Shown one piece after another: positions 1 through 8,933 of a DNA stretch of 64,000 nt. Made by a program: the position numbers and the translations under genes. The notes beneath the pieces are model-generated. The model had not been told where the DNA came from, did no database searches, and saw only the letters and a program-made list of their open reading frames with translations. Origin of the DNA: Chitinophagales bacterium (lineage in GTDB: Bacteria; Bacteroidota; Bacteroidia; Chitinophagales; BACL12); assembly GCA_041751015.1 (NCBI GenBank), contig JBGSYF010000022.1, forward strand, positions 48,156-112,155. The letters are read 5' to 3'. Position 1 is the stretch's first letter; every line of letters starts with the position of its first letter.

Positions 1-987
1 GCCAAAGCCATTCGTGGCGCCAATGCCTCCGATGAAGAGCAGATAGATATAGGGATCATCGCCCAGGATCATGGCCAGAATACCCAATGATCCCGGAAGC
101 AGGTACCATGGAAACATTCTCTTCGCGGTAAAGCGATCGGCTAAAAAGCCCGCCAACAGATTGCTCAAGGCGTTGCCCAGCGCATAGGCCATAAAGCCCG
201 CGCCGATGAAGGCCGGTTCCCAGCCTTTCGCCAGACCAAGTTTAAGCTTGAACAGCAGAAAGCCGGTTCCCAGGGCAGCCGAAGCGATGCTGGCGGGCAT
301 CATGACCCAGAATGGCCAACTGGCGATCAGTTGCCAGGGGCGGATCTGCCGCATTTCGCGCTTGTTGAATACCTGGGGCAAAAGCCTGCGCCGGATGCCA
401 AAGCCGGAGGGGGAGAGGAGCATGTACAACAGAATTGGCAGAGAGATGAGCACCAAAGCACTGCTGCCGAGCAGGGCCCCGCGCCAGCCCAGCCAGGCAA
501 TCGCGCTCACCACGATGATGGGCAGCACCGCCTCGCCAGCGGAATGACCCAGGTTGGCGATGCTGATGGCCTTTCCCCGCCCTTCGTCAAAGAGTCTGGC
601 CATACTGGTTACCGCGATATGGGCAAACAATCCCTGACCAAAGAGGCGGACTCCATAGAGCGCCAGTCCGAGGAAGAGCAGATTGCGGGCCTGCGAGAAC
701 AGCACCAGGGAGCATACCAGACCCAGAATCACTACCCCGCTATAACGGGTCAGGCGACTGCGGTCTATCCTGGCTCCGGCTATGGTGATGGACAGTGCGC
801 TGGCGATAGTGGCCGCCGCATAGATGGAGCTGAAGCCCGCATCACTCAGGGAAAAACTCTCCTGAATGGAAGGCAAGAAAAGCGAGATGACAAAGGTTTG
901 CCCAAAACTGGACAGGAAGGTCATCGAGAAGCCGAAGCCCAGCAGATGGCGTTGGGCTTTGAGGGCAGAAGTGCCCGGGCTATCCAT
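1..987 (-). CDS. MFS transporter, partial (C-terminal end lies beyond the left window edge)
   Basis: Absent from the ORF track because it is open at the window edge. My reverse-strand translation from the ATG at 985-987 gives MDSPGTSALKAQRHLLGFGFSMTFLSSFGQTFVISLFLPSIQESF...LYGVRLFGQGLFAHIAVTSMARLF...: successive hydrophobic helices with an MFS-like loop pattern. The + strand ORFs 206-547 and 331-1011 are antisense artefacts. Confidence 0.7.
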   Translation of the reverse strand, partial: MDSPGTSALKAQRHLLGFGFSMTFLSSFGQTFVISLFLPSIQESFSLSDAGFSSIYAAATIASALSITIAGARIDRSRLTRYSGVVILGLVCSLVLFSQARNLLFLGLALYGVRLFGQGLFAHIAVTSMARLFDEGRGKAISIANLGHSAGEAVLPIIVVSAIAWLGWRGALLGSSALVLISLPILLYMLLSPSGFGIRRRLLPQVFNKREMRQIRPWQLIASWPFWVMMPASIASAALGTGFLLFKLKLGLAKGWEPAFIGAGFMAYALGNALSNLLAGFLADRFTAKRMFPWYLLPGSLGILAMILGDDPYIYLLFIGGIGATNGFG

Positions 988-1022
988 GATTTACATCAAA
1001 ACAAAACATAAAATATACTAAA

Positions 1023-2348
1023 TCAGTCTATATACAGTCGAATCCTATTCAATTGAAGCCGGGCTTTAAGCCAGTTTCTGACCTTCTCCTGATCTTCTTC
1101 GCTCAGGCCCTGGCCCTTGGTATCAATCAGGACGATGTAGAGAATATCTGATTTTTCCGGGTCAGCCTGATCAAACTGTCGGCTTTGAGCATAGGACAAC
1201 TGGGCAATCTGCGGATAGAGCATCTTGAGCTCTGAGAGGAGTTGCCTTCCCAGGGCAATATCGCGGGCACCCTGTTGAAGAGCCAAATCCTTTCGCTCAA
1301 GGGAATCGTTTAAGCGTCTGATCTCATTTTGCAGATTCTCCAGTTCTATGTTGCGCGTAGTCAGCAAGTCAAAGGAAAGTCCTTGCTGGAATTCGATCTG
1401 AACATCCGTTAAATCAAAATCATCCGCGCGGTCCTTGAGCAGGACTTTCTGGGTCTCGGTCAGGGTGGAGCCGCCAAAGATCAGTTTGATCGTTCGTTTG
1501 TCCGGATTGATCTCGTGATTGAGCAGGTAGTTTCCCTCAAAGATGCTGATGTTCCTGACATAGAGGGTGCTCTTCTCCAGGAAGCGCTCCTTCTGAACCA
1601 GCTTGTATCCAAAGAACAAGCTGGGGATGAAGACCAAAGCAATTACAAATGAAATATATCCATTAATTCTCTTTTTTTGTTTCGAGTCTACGATGGTCCT
1701 GATGGGAAAATTCAGGATCTGGGAGATCAACATGGCCGAAATGGCAATGAAGACAGCGTTGATTGTAAACAGATAAAGAGCTCCAAAGAAGTAGGCGAAC
1801 TGGGCCGTTGCCAATCCATATCCCGCGGTGCAGAGCGGCGGCATCAGGGCCGTAGCGATGGCCACACCCGGAATGACATTCCCCTTTTGGCGACTGGCGA
1901 TGGCCACAATTCCCGCAAAGCCTCCAAACAGCGCAATCAGCACATCGTAGATGCTGGGGCTGGTTCTGGCCAGAAGCTCGGAATGGGCAGAGGAAATTGG
2001 AGTGATCGTAAAATACAAGGTGGAGGCTGCAAGACTGGAGAGAACCGCAAAGCCCAGATTCTTGAGCGCATTCTTGAACAGGGGGAAGTTGTAGGTCGCT
2101 ATGCTGTAGCCGATGCCGTTGATGGGCCCCATGAGGGGTGAGATCAACATCGCTCCGATGATGACCGCAGTGGAATTCATGTTCAGGCCGACCGAAGCCA
2201 CCAGAATAGCGAAGATCAAGATCCAAAGGTTGGTGCCCTTGAAAATGATGTCCCTAAGAATGGAATCGTGAATTTTTTCGAAGTCATCCACCTCACTTTC
2301 CAGGTTGAGATAGTGGATGAGCTTGCGCAGGACCGGGAAACTCTTCAT
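1023..2348 (-). CDS. DUF389 / TIGR00341-family integral membrane protein
   Basis: 441-aa ORF. The N-terminal two thirds are multi-pass hydrophobic (NLWILIFAILVASVGLNMNSTAVIIGAMLISPLMGPINGIGY, PGVAIATALMPPLCTAGYGL), typical of DUF389. A soluble C-terminal region follows. Confidence 0.65.
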   Translation of the reverse strand: MKSFPVLRKLIHYLNLESEVDDFEKIHDSILRDIIFKGTNLWILIFAILVASVGLNMNSTAVIIGAMLISPLMGPINGIGYSIATYNFPLFKNALKNLGFAVLSSLAASTLYFTITPISSAHSELLARTSPSIYDVLIALFGGFAGIVAIASRQKGNVIPGVAIATALMPPLCTAGYGLATAQFAYFFGALYLFTINAVFIAISAMLISQILNFPIRTIVDSKQKKRINGYISFVIALVFIPSLFFGYKLVQKERFLEKSTLYVRNISIFEGNYLLNHEINPDKRTIKLIFGGSTLTETQKVLLKDRADDFDLTDVQIEFQQGLSFDLLTTRNIELENLQNEIRRLNDSLERKDLALQQGARDIALGRQLLSELKMLYPQIAQLSYAQSRQFDQADPEKSDILYIVLIDTKGQGLSEEDQEKVRNWLKARLQLNRIRLYID

Positions 2349-2561
2349 AGGATTTTCGAAGCGATAAAGTTAGGCTTCACACCCCGCAATCCGGTCCTTT
2401 CGGGCCTTGTGTAATTCAAGTTACTGACAGGGGCAAGGGCGCTCTCTAACTTTGCTGAAGACAAGCGATTTGCGACCGTGATCAAGTGCGTCGCTGGCCG
2501 TTTGTCGCTGGAATTCCTATCCGTGAAACTTATAAAACGCCTCGGAGGCACCTTAATTCTC

Positions 2562-2888
2562 ATGTTCGCATCCATCCTTAACCTGCTCGGTCAGAGCGAT
2601 GCCGGCGGTCTTGCTCACGCCATAGAGCAGGGCGCATTCCTCGTAGATGTGCGCACTCCGGCCGAATTTGCCCAAGGCCATCCCGCGGGTTCCGTCAACA
2701 TTCCTCTGGATCAATTGCCCCGAAAGCTGGCGAGTTTTCAGGGAAAGGAGCACATAATAGTCTTTTGCCGCAGCGGAAATCGCAGCGCTCAGGCCAAGGC
2801 CATACTCGAGCGCCAGGGCTACAAGAACGTGATCAATGGTGGAACCTGGCAGGCCGTTGATCAGGCCCTTCGCAAGAGAAAAAACTGA
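2562..2888 (+). CDS. single-domain rhodanese-like sulfurtransferase
   Basis: LVDVRTPAEFAQGHPAGSVNIPL ... IIVFCRSGNRSAQA (active-site loop CRSGNRS). The track ORF starts at GTG 2478, but the ATG at 2562 (MFASILNLLGQSD...) gives the usual length of about 108 aa. A TAACTTTG box at 2447-2454 keeps the longer start possible. Confidence 0.8.
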   Translation: MFASILNLLGQSDAGGLAHAIEQGAFLVDVRTPAEFAQGHPAGSVNIPLDQLPRKLASFQGKEHIIVFCRSGNRSAQAKAILERQGYKNVINGGTWQAVDQALRKRKN

Positions 2889-2894
2889 AGTTCT

Positions 2895-3584
2895 TCAGGA
2901 CAAAAGGGAATAGCTGATCAGCAATTTCCCGTCCTGCTGCCATCGCACCCAGCCTTTGCCAACGCTCTCGAAATTCCTGTCCCAGAGCTCAACGCGCATC
3001 CAATCCCCCTGAATCTCCAGGGGCTTGAGAAATTCGTAGGGGATGCTGACCTCTGAAGCGTGATCAAGGGCTTTGATGCGGACCGGCTGTTGTTCGGGCT
3101 GAAGCAATTCCACCGAATGAACGCGCAACAGGAAATCGGGCCATAGCTGCAAGCTGCCCGCCTGACGGCTGACGTAGTGGGTTTGACCGGTGGTGCTGTT
3201 GACCGTAACCCGCGCGAAATCGCTGCTGACGGAGAGGACGCTGAACAGCAGGATGTCGTAATCCAGTTTCAGGTGTGCGGGCTGCAGCCAGGGTGGGACA
3301 TAGGTTATCGTATAGTTTCCGTATTCTGTTTTTTCAAATACAATGCTGTCTGTTGGCGCGTGCTCATTCAGGGCCTTTTCCGGGTTGGGTATGCCGTAGA
3401 AATACAAAACCGGGTTTAGGGCGAAATGTGGCTCGAAGAAGCCCATGCCCATGGGGGCGCTTTCCTGCTGCTTAGTCGTATTTGAATAAATAATATTATT
3501 AAAATATAATTGCGAAGAGAAGCTTAGCGCTGGAAGCAGGTTTAGCGCAGGAAGAAGAGTCTGGAAGATATTAAACAGCATCAA
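2895..3584 (-). CDS. hypothetical protein (N-terminal hydrophobic segment)
   Basis: 229-aa ORF with no overlapping competitor of similar quality. No motif recognised. Confidence 0.5.
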   Translation of the reverse strand: MMLFNIFQTLLPALNLLPALSFSSQLYFNNIIYSNTTKQQESAPMGMGFFEPHFALNPVLYFYGIPNPEKALNEHAPTDSIVFEKTEYGNYTITYVPPWLQPAHLKLDYDILLFSVLSVSSDFARVTVNSTTGQTHYVSRQAGSLQLWPDFLLRVHSVELLQPEQQPVRIKALDHASEVSIPYEFLKPLEIQGDWMRVELWDRNFESVGKGWVRWQQDGKLLISYSLLS

Positions 3585-3859
3585 TATTTAAAGTTTGATG
3601 ATGTAGAAGAGTTATAGAAGAGTTTGGGAAGGCGGGTGTGCGCCGCCGTCCACGCACCTTACAAGATTGGAGAAAAATGCTGGAAAGTTGAAGCAGGACC
3701 CTGGGTGGGTGTGGAGTTTTGAGGAGGTTTTTGGTCTTAAGTGATTGAAAATCAATAATTTGTGTTCTTTGGGGCCCTGTCCAAAAGGTGTTTTCCTGTT
3801 TTTTTCCCTTTGGATTGCGGCTTGCTTAGGACGACATTTGATAGAGCTCAACTCACTTT

Positions 3860-5551
3860 GTGAAAATATTTAATTTGTTGCTTGGTTTTGGTCTGATGTT
3901 TGGTACCGGACTGAAGGCTCAGGTCTGCAACCCCGCCCTTCCCCCGATCAATCTGAACTCCAACTATGTGGCCGGCAGCGGCGTCCTGTTGAGCTGGGAT
4001 GTTGTTCCGGGCAGCGTGGGTATGCAGGTGAGGGTTGAACTGCCTTCCGGCAGTGTAATCTCCCAGCGCCTGGGCGGGTTTGAGCTGAGTCAGTATCCGG
4101 TTCCCGATGCCCTGCTCAGCCCGGGCACTTATACCTGGCGCGTTCAGGCGGCCTGCAGCGCTACCCCACCTACCTTCAACGCCACGCCGATTTCTGCGCC
4201 CAACAGCTTTGCGGTGCCGGGCGGAGGTCCGCCGCCTTTCCCCTGTGGAAATCCGGTTACGGATATTGACGGCAACAGCTACAACACGGTGATCATCGGC
4301 GACCAGTGCTGGATGCAGGAGAATCTGAAGGTGGAGCGGTATAGGAACGGGGATGCGCTCTTATCTGGCCTAACCGGCAGTGCGTGGACTTCGGCTACAA
4401 GTGGCGCATTTGTATCCTACGGCGAATTGCCTTCCAATAAGGATACTTACGGTTTGTTGTACAACTGGTTTGCTGTAGCTGATTCACGAGGTTTGTGTCC
4501 GGAAGGTTGGGATGTGCCTCGGGACTCTCAGTGGGTCGAACTGTTTGATTTTTTGGGCGGAATTGCCATTGCCGGAGGTTCTATGAAATCAACAGGTACG
4601 CTTTCAGCTGGAACCGGATTGTGGCTTACCCCGAATACAGATGCTACTAATGTAAGTGGTTTTACTGGTCTTCCAGGGGGATATCGATTCTCAAGTGGTG
4701 GATTTTTTAGTCAAGCATTAACGGGGTATTGGTGGAGCGCTACCCAGTTTTCAAGCGCAGATGCATTTTTTGCAGCGCTTAATGCGAATAGTGGAAGTGC
4801 CGTGCGAGCTTTCAATAATAAGTCAAATGGTTACTCCGTCCGCTGCCTGACTACAGACTTTGTTGAAGCACCCGATCCGCCTGATCCCTGCCCTCCTGTA
4901 CCTGCTTCCTGCGGAGTGGTGACGGATGTGGATCTGAATTCGTACAACACGGTTCAGATTGGCAGCCAGTGCTGGATGAAGGAGAACTTAGAGACGACGA
5001 AGTTTCGCAACGGGGATAACATTCCAATCGTGGGTTTGGCTGCTGCCTGGACGGGCGGTGTCCCTGCTCCCAAGGCTTCGGCTTACGACAACAACATAAT
5101 GAATAAGTCGCTATACGGTTTGATGTACAACTGGTATGCGGTCAATGACAGCCGTGGTATTTGTCCGACAGGCTGGCATGTGCCTACATCGGTGGAATGG
5201 CAGCAGATGACCACCACACTGGGCGGTCTTTCCGAAGCGGGCGGCCGCATGAAGCAGACCGGAACGCTGGGCGAAGGCACAGGTTTGTGGCAAAGCCCGA
5301 ACGCAGGGGCCAGCAACTGCAGCGGCTTTACCGGTCTTCCCGGTGGTCAACGCCGCTACGATACGGGAGCGTTCATCCGCCTGAACACCTACGGCAACTG
5401 GTGGATGGCCGATCGCTTTGACAACGGGCTGATCAATGCTCCTTATGCGAGCTACCTTTCTTATAATCAGGAAAGGGTGCACAACGGCACTTCCGTTGCC
5501 GGTCCTGCCGACGAGCGCAACGGGTATTCCGTGCGCTGTGTGAAGGATTGA
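3860..5551 (+). CDS. secreted protein with two FISUMP (Fibrobacter succinogenes major paralogous, TIGR02145-type) domains
   Basis: Signal peptide MKIFNLLLGFGLMFGTGLKAQ. The pattern D(I/V)DGNSYNTV.IG.QCWM.ENL...(Y/F)RNGD ... YGL(L/M)YNW.AV.DSRG.CP.GW.VP ... LGG...AGG.MK.TG ... NGYSVRC occurs twice. Confidence 0.85.
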   Translation: MKIFNLLLGFGLMFGTGLKAQVCNPALPPINLNSNYVAGSGVLLSWDVVPGSVGMQVRVELPSGSVISQRLGGFELSQYPVPDALLSPGTYTWRVQAACSATPPTFNATPISAPNSFAVPGGGPPPFPCGNPVTDIDGNSYNTVIIGDQCWMQENLKVERYRNGDALLSGLTGSAWTSATSGAFVSYGELPSNKDTYGLLYNWFAVADSRGLCPEGWDVPRDSQWVELFDFLGGIAIAGGSMKSTGTLSAGTGLWLTPNTDATNVSGFTGLPGGYRFSSGGFFSQALTGYWWSATQFSSADAFFAALNANSGSAVRAFNNKSNGYSVRCLTTDFVEAPDPPDPCPPVPASCGVVTDVDLNSYNTVQIGSQCWMKENLETTKFRNGDNIPIVGLAAAWTGGVPAPKASAYDNNIMNKSLYGLMYNWYAVNDSRGICPTGWHVPTSVEWQQMTTTLGGLSEAGGRMKQTGTLGEGTGLWQSPNAGASNCSGFTGLPGGQRRYDTGAFIRLNTYGNWWMADRFDNGLINAPYASYLSYNQERVHNGTSVAGPADERNGYSVRCVKD

Positions 5552-5578
5552 TCTCGACCATAGCAAAAAGATAGTAGC

Positions 5579-7267
5579 ATGAACGCCAAGCTTTGTTTTC
5601 TGAGTTTTGGACTCTTTGCCGGAATGGGTTCCTTTTTGGCAGCGCAGACCTGTGACCCTTCGAGTCCCCCGGTCAATTTGCAGTCGGTTTACACGCCTGG
5701 TGCAGGGGCTCAACTGAGCTGGGATGCGGTACCGGGCAGTGTAGGCGTTCAGATTCGGGTCAGCCTTCCCTCGGGCTCTGTGGTGAACCAGCGTATCGCG
5801 GGCTTTGAGCGCAGCACTTACCTTGTACCGGATGCGGTGCTTGTTCCGGGTACTTATACCTGGCGCGTTCAGGCGGCCTGCAGCACGGTGCCACCTACTT
5901 TCAACGCCACGCCGATATCGGCTGCGAACACGTTTGAGGTGCCGGGTGGAGGTCCGCCGCCCTTCCCCTGTGGAGGACCGCTCACGGATATTGACGGCAA
6001 CAGCTACAACACCGTGATCATTGGCGACCAGTGCTGGATGCAGGAGAATCTGAAGGTGGAGCGGTACAACAATTCCGAGCCCTTGCTCTCTGGCCTGGAC
6101 AATGCCCAATGGGCCGCAGCGGCGGAAGGGGCTTCTTATCTGTACTCCGGTCTGGCGGTCAATAAGGATATCTATGGTTTGCTCTACAACTGGTATGCGG
6201 TCAGCGACAGCCGGGGACTGTGCCCGGCGGGCTGGCAGGTGCCCAGCGATGCGGACTTAACGCAATTGATCAATGAGTTTGGTGGAGAGACGGTGGCTGG
6301 AGGGGCGCTGAAGTCAGTTGGCGTTCTGGGTTCGGGTGGTCTGTGGGAGTTCCCGAATGCTGGTGCTACCAACATCAGCGGTTTTACGGCGCATCCGGGT
6401 GGTGCCCGCAATGAGCTTGGTGGTGCAAGTTCCATGGGTGAGTTTGGCTATTTCTGGACTTCCACTCAAGGTGTGGGCACGGCCAATGCCGTGTTCAAGC
6501 GCCTGGTTTATCTGTTGGATGACGCACAGAGCAGCGAACAGCCCAAAGGAGCGGGTTATTCGGTGCGCTGCATGACCACAGACTTTGTAGCGGCTCCCGA
6601 TCCCTGCCCTCCTGTACCTGTTTCCTGCGGGGTGGTAACGGATGTGGATCTGAATACCTACAACACCGTGCAAATTGGCAGCCAGTGTTGGATGAAGGAG
6701 AACTTACAGAGCAGCAAATTCCGCAATGGGGATAACATTCCAATCGTGGGTTTGGCTGCTGCCTGGACGGGCGGAACTGTGGGGCCAAAAGCTACGGCAT
6801 ATGACAACAATGTAGTCAACAAATCTTTATATGGTTTGATGTACAACTGGTACGCGGTCAATGACAGCCGGGGCCTCTGCCCTGTCGGCTGGCATGTTCC
6901 CACATCGGTGGAATGGCAGCAGATGACCACCACCCTGGGCGGTCTTTCCGAAGCGGGCGGCCGCATGAAGCAGACGGGTGTGCTCGGCGAAGGCACGGGT
7001 TTGTGGCAGAACCCGAACGCAGGGGCCAGCAACTGCAGCGGCTTTACCGGTCTTCCAGGTGGTCAACGCCGCTACGACACCGGCGAGTTTATCCGTCTGA
7101 ACACCTATGGCAATTGGTGGATGGCTGATCGCTTTATTACTGGCCTGACCAATGCTCCTTATGCGAGCTACCTTTCTTATAATCAGGAAAGGGTGCACAA
7201 CGGCACTTCCGTTGCCGGTCCTGCCGACGAGCGCAACGGGTATTCGGTGCGTTGTGTTAAGGATTGA
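5579..7267 (+). CDS. secreted protein with two FISUMP domains (tandem paralog of 3860-5551)
   Basis: Same architecture as the upstream gene. The last ~650 nt are nearly identical to it at nucleotide level, and the central module is divergent. Confidence 0.85.
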   Translation: MNAKLCFLSFGLFAGMGSFLAAQTCDPSSPPVNLQSVYTPGAGAQLSWDAVPGSVGVQIRVSLPSGSVVNQRIAGFERSTYLVPDAVLVPGTYTWRVQAACSTVPPTFNATPISAANTFEVPGGGPPPFPCGGPLTDIDGNSYNTVIIGDQCWMQENLKVERYNNSEPLLSGLDNAQWAAAAEGASYLYSGLAVNKDIYGLLYNWYAVSDSRGLCPAGWQVPSDADLTQLINEFGGETVAGGALKSVGVLGSGGLWEFPNAGATNISGFTAHPGGARNELGGASSMGEFGYFWTSTQGVGTANAVFKRLVYLLDDAQSSEQPKGAGYSVRCMTTDFVAAPDPCPPVPVSCGVVTDVDLNTYNTVQIGSQCWMKENLQSSKFRNGDNIPIVGLAAAWTGGTVGPKATAYDNNVVNKSLYGLMYNWYAVNDSRGLCPVGWHVPTSVEWQQMTTTLGGLSEAGGRMKQTGVLGEGTGLWQNPNAGASNCSGFTGLPGGQRRYDTGEFIRLNTYGNWWMADRFITGLTNAPYASYLSYNQERVHNGTSVAGPADERNGYSVRCVKD

Positions 7268-7300
7268 TGGGAGAGGGCTTAGACTGATGAAGCGTTTCTT

Positions 7301-7735
7301 TTATGCATCTTTTTTCTCGTCAAAGCTGACCATCCAGCTCACGCCAAACTTGTCGGTCAACATTCCATAGAGTTCGCTCCAGAATGTCTTGGCAAGAGGC
7401 ATTGTTACCTGACCGCCCTTAGCCAGACTATTGAACAGTTTTTCCGCTTCTTGTTTGCTTTCCGCTGCGATGGAAATGGAAAAACTGTTTCCCTGAACAA
7501 AGGTGGGCGCCCATTCGCCACCGGTGTCGCTACCCATGAGGATGGAGTTTCCCATCGGCAGGCTGACGTGCATGATCTTGTTCTTATCGGCTTCGGGCAC
7601 GGTATACCCCTCTGACTCGGGCATCTCTCCAAAGCGACCCATGTAGTTGAATTCTCCGCCAATCACGGATTTGTAGAAGTTGAAGGCCTCTTCGCAGTTG
7701 CCATTGAAGTTTAGATAGATGTGTATCGTTTCCAT
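7301..7735 (-). CDS. VOC-family / PhnB-like protein
   Basis: METIHIYLNFNGNCEEAFNFYKSV ... IMHVSLPMGNSILMGSD ... TFWSELYGMLTDKFGVSWMV matches the PhnB-like glyoxalase-fold pattern. Confidence 0.75.
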   Translation of the reverse strand: METIHIYLNFNGNCEEAFNFYKSVIGGEFNYMGRFGEMPESEGYTVPEADKNKIMHVSLPMGNSILMGSDTGGEWAPTFVQGNSFSISIAAESKQEAEKLFNSLAKGGQVTMPLAKTFWSELYGMLTDKFGVSWMVSFDEKKDA

Positions 7736-7762
7736 TTGGTTTGGGTGGTAGGGGTTTGGGTG

Positions 7763-8191
7763 TCAATGCACCTCGTACTTTGATTTCAGAAACTTTATAG
7801 TTCCTTTAATTAATTTTGTCAGCTCCTTCTGGTCGATGTCAGAAAGCTTTTTCACATAAATACAAGCTTTTCCCATCTTGAACTTGCCTAGATTTTCCAG
7901 CAAGTGCCTTTGCTCTTCTCCGCCTGAATAGACATAGAGTGAGATAGCGGCTTTCCGGGGCGAAAAGCCAATCAGGGGCCAGTCTCCCTGTTGACTGCTT
8001 CTGTCCGATTTGTAGTGGTAGCTTCCAAATCCGATGATAGAGGGCCCCCACATCTTCGGTTGGTAGCCGGTAACCTTCTCCATTAGTTTCAAGAGTTCAA
8101 AACTGTCCTGGCGCTTTTGCTCGGTGTCGGCAAAGGTGTTGATGAAGTCGTGAACATTTGCGTCCGTTACTTTAGTTTTGAGTTCTGCCAT
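7763..8191 (-). CDS. DUF1801 (YdhG-like) domain protein
   Basis: VHDFINTF...KRQDSFELLKLMEKVTGYQPKMWGPSIIGFGSYHYKS...GDWPLIGFSPRKAAISLYVY fits my recollection of the DUF1801 pattern. Confidence 0.7.
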   Translation of the reverse strand: MAELKTKVTDANVHDFINTFADTEQKRQDSFELLKLMEKVTGYQPKMWGPSIIGFGSYHYKSDRSSQQGDWPLIGFSPRKAAISLYVYSGGEEQRHLLENLGKFKMGKACIYVKKLSDIDQKELTKLIKGTIKFLKSKYEVH

Positions 8192-8447
8192 GATGGGTCA
8201 GTTTTGGGTACATGAATGGCCAAAAGATGTCATTATTACACCGATTTCCGCTGAACAGATTCCATGAAAGTAGAAAAATTGAACAAAATCCTGGTTAGTT
8301 ACCACACTTTTTCAAAATTTTAACAAAAGTTAAGACGAGTAATTTTCTTGCCGACAAGCCCATAGAGCTGTATAGGATGCCGAGCATAGGTTGAGCCTAT
8401 AATGGGCTTTCCGGACTCCTTTGATACTAAATTTTAAGTATATTAAT

Positions 8448-8753
8448 ATGAAAGATATCGATGATACGCAGCTTCTTATCCAACAATTCGAACCACTGCT
8501 CAAGGGTTTGAATTATCATCAACTTTCTGTGTTGAACAGGTTAATCATAGAGCGCATGCGCTTGATTCAAAAGGCGGGAACTCTGGTATCTATGGCTCAG
8601 TTTAAAGTCGGGGATCGGGTATCCTGGGATGGTAAGGACGGTAGTGTCAAAACCGGGATCATTTTCCGGATCAATCAGAAAACGGTTTCCATTCGTACCC
8701 GGGATGAAGGACATTGGAACGTGTCACCTCAATTATTATATAAACAATTTTAA
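8448..8753 (+). CDS. hypothetical small protein
   Basis: The track ORF 8421-8753 starts at an alternative codon. The first ATG (MKDIDDTQLL...) is at 8448. No motif recognised. Confidence 0.4.
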   Translation: MKDIDDTQLLIQQFEPLLKGLNYHQLSVLNRLIIERMRLIQKAGTLVSMAQFKVGDRVSWDGKDGSVKTGIIFRINQKTVSIRTRDEGHWNVSPQLLYKQF

Positions 8754-8884
8754 GCATTTCTAAGGGCAACATCGCTTGTAGCTCTATAGGCTAAAGGGTA
8801 AAAACTCGTTGGCACTTAGCTGTTTAAAGTGGGTATGCTGAGTTTAAAATGGGAAAAAAATAGTTCTTCTTGACTCTACTGCCA

Positions 8885-8892
8885 TACCTTTG
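8885..8892 (+). promoter_or_regulatory. Bacteroidota-type -7 promoter box (TAnnTTTG)
   Basis: TACCTTTG lies 42 nt upstream of the ATG at 8934. Confidence 0.4.
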
Positions 8893-8933
8893 CGGGCAAC
8901 GTTCCGGTCTCCAAATCCCGTCAACCTGTCTCT

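Noticed and set aside
206-1011. Plus-strand ORFs of 113 and 226 aa at the left edge
   Set aside because: They are Ala/Gly/Arg/Gln-rich with low-complexity composition typical of antisense frames. The minus strand reads as a clean MFS transporter from the ATG at 985-987.
3860-7267. Diversity-generating retroelement idea: an RT in the window plus a variable module in lectin-like paralogs
   Set aside because: Differences between the paralogs are not confined to adenine positions. No template-repeat/variable-repeat pair was seen. The RT is about 15 kb away, is a 5'-truncated pseudogene, and is group II-like (YADD…VHC, X-domain NYY) rather than DGR-like.
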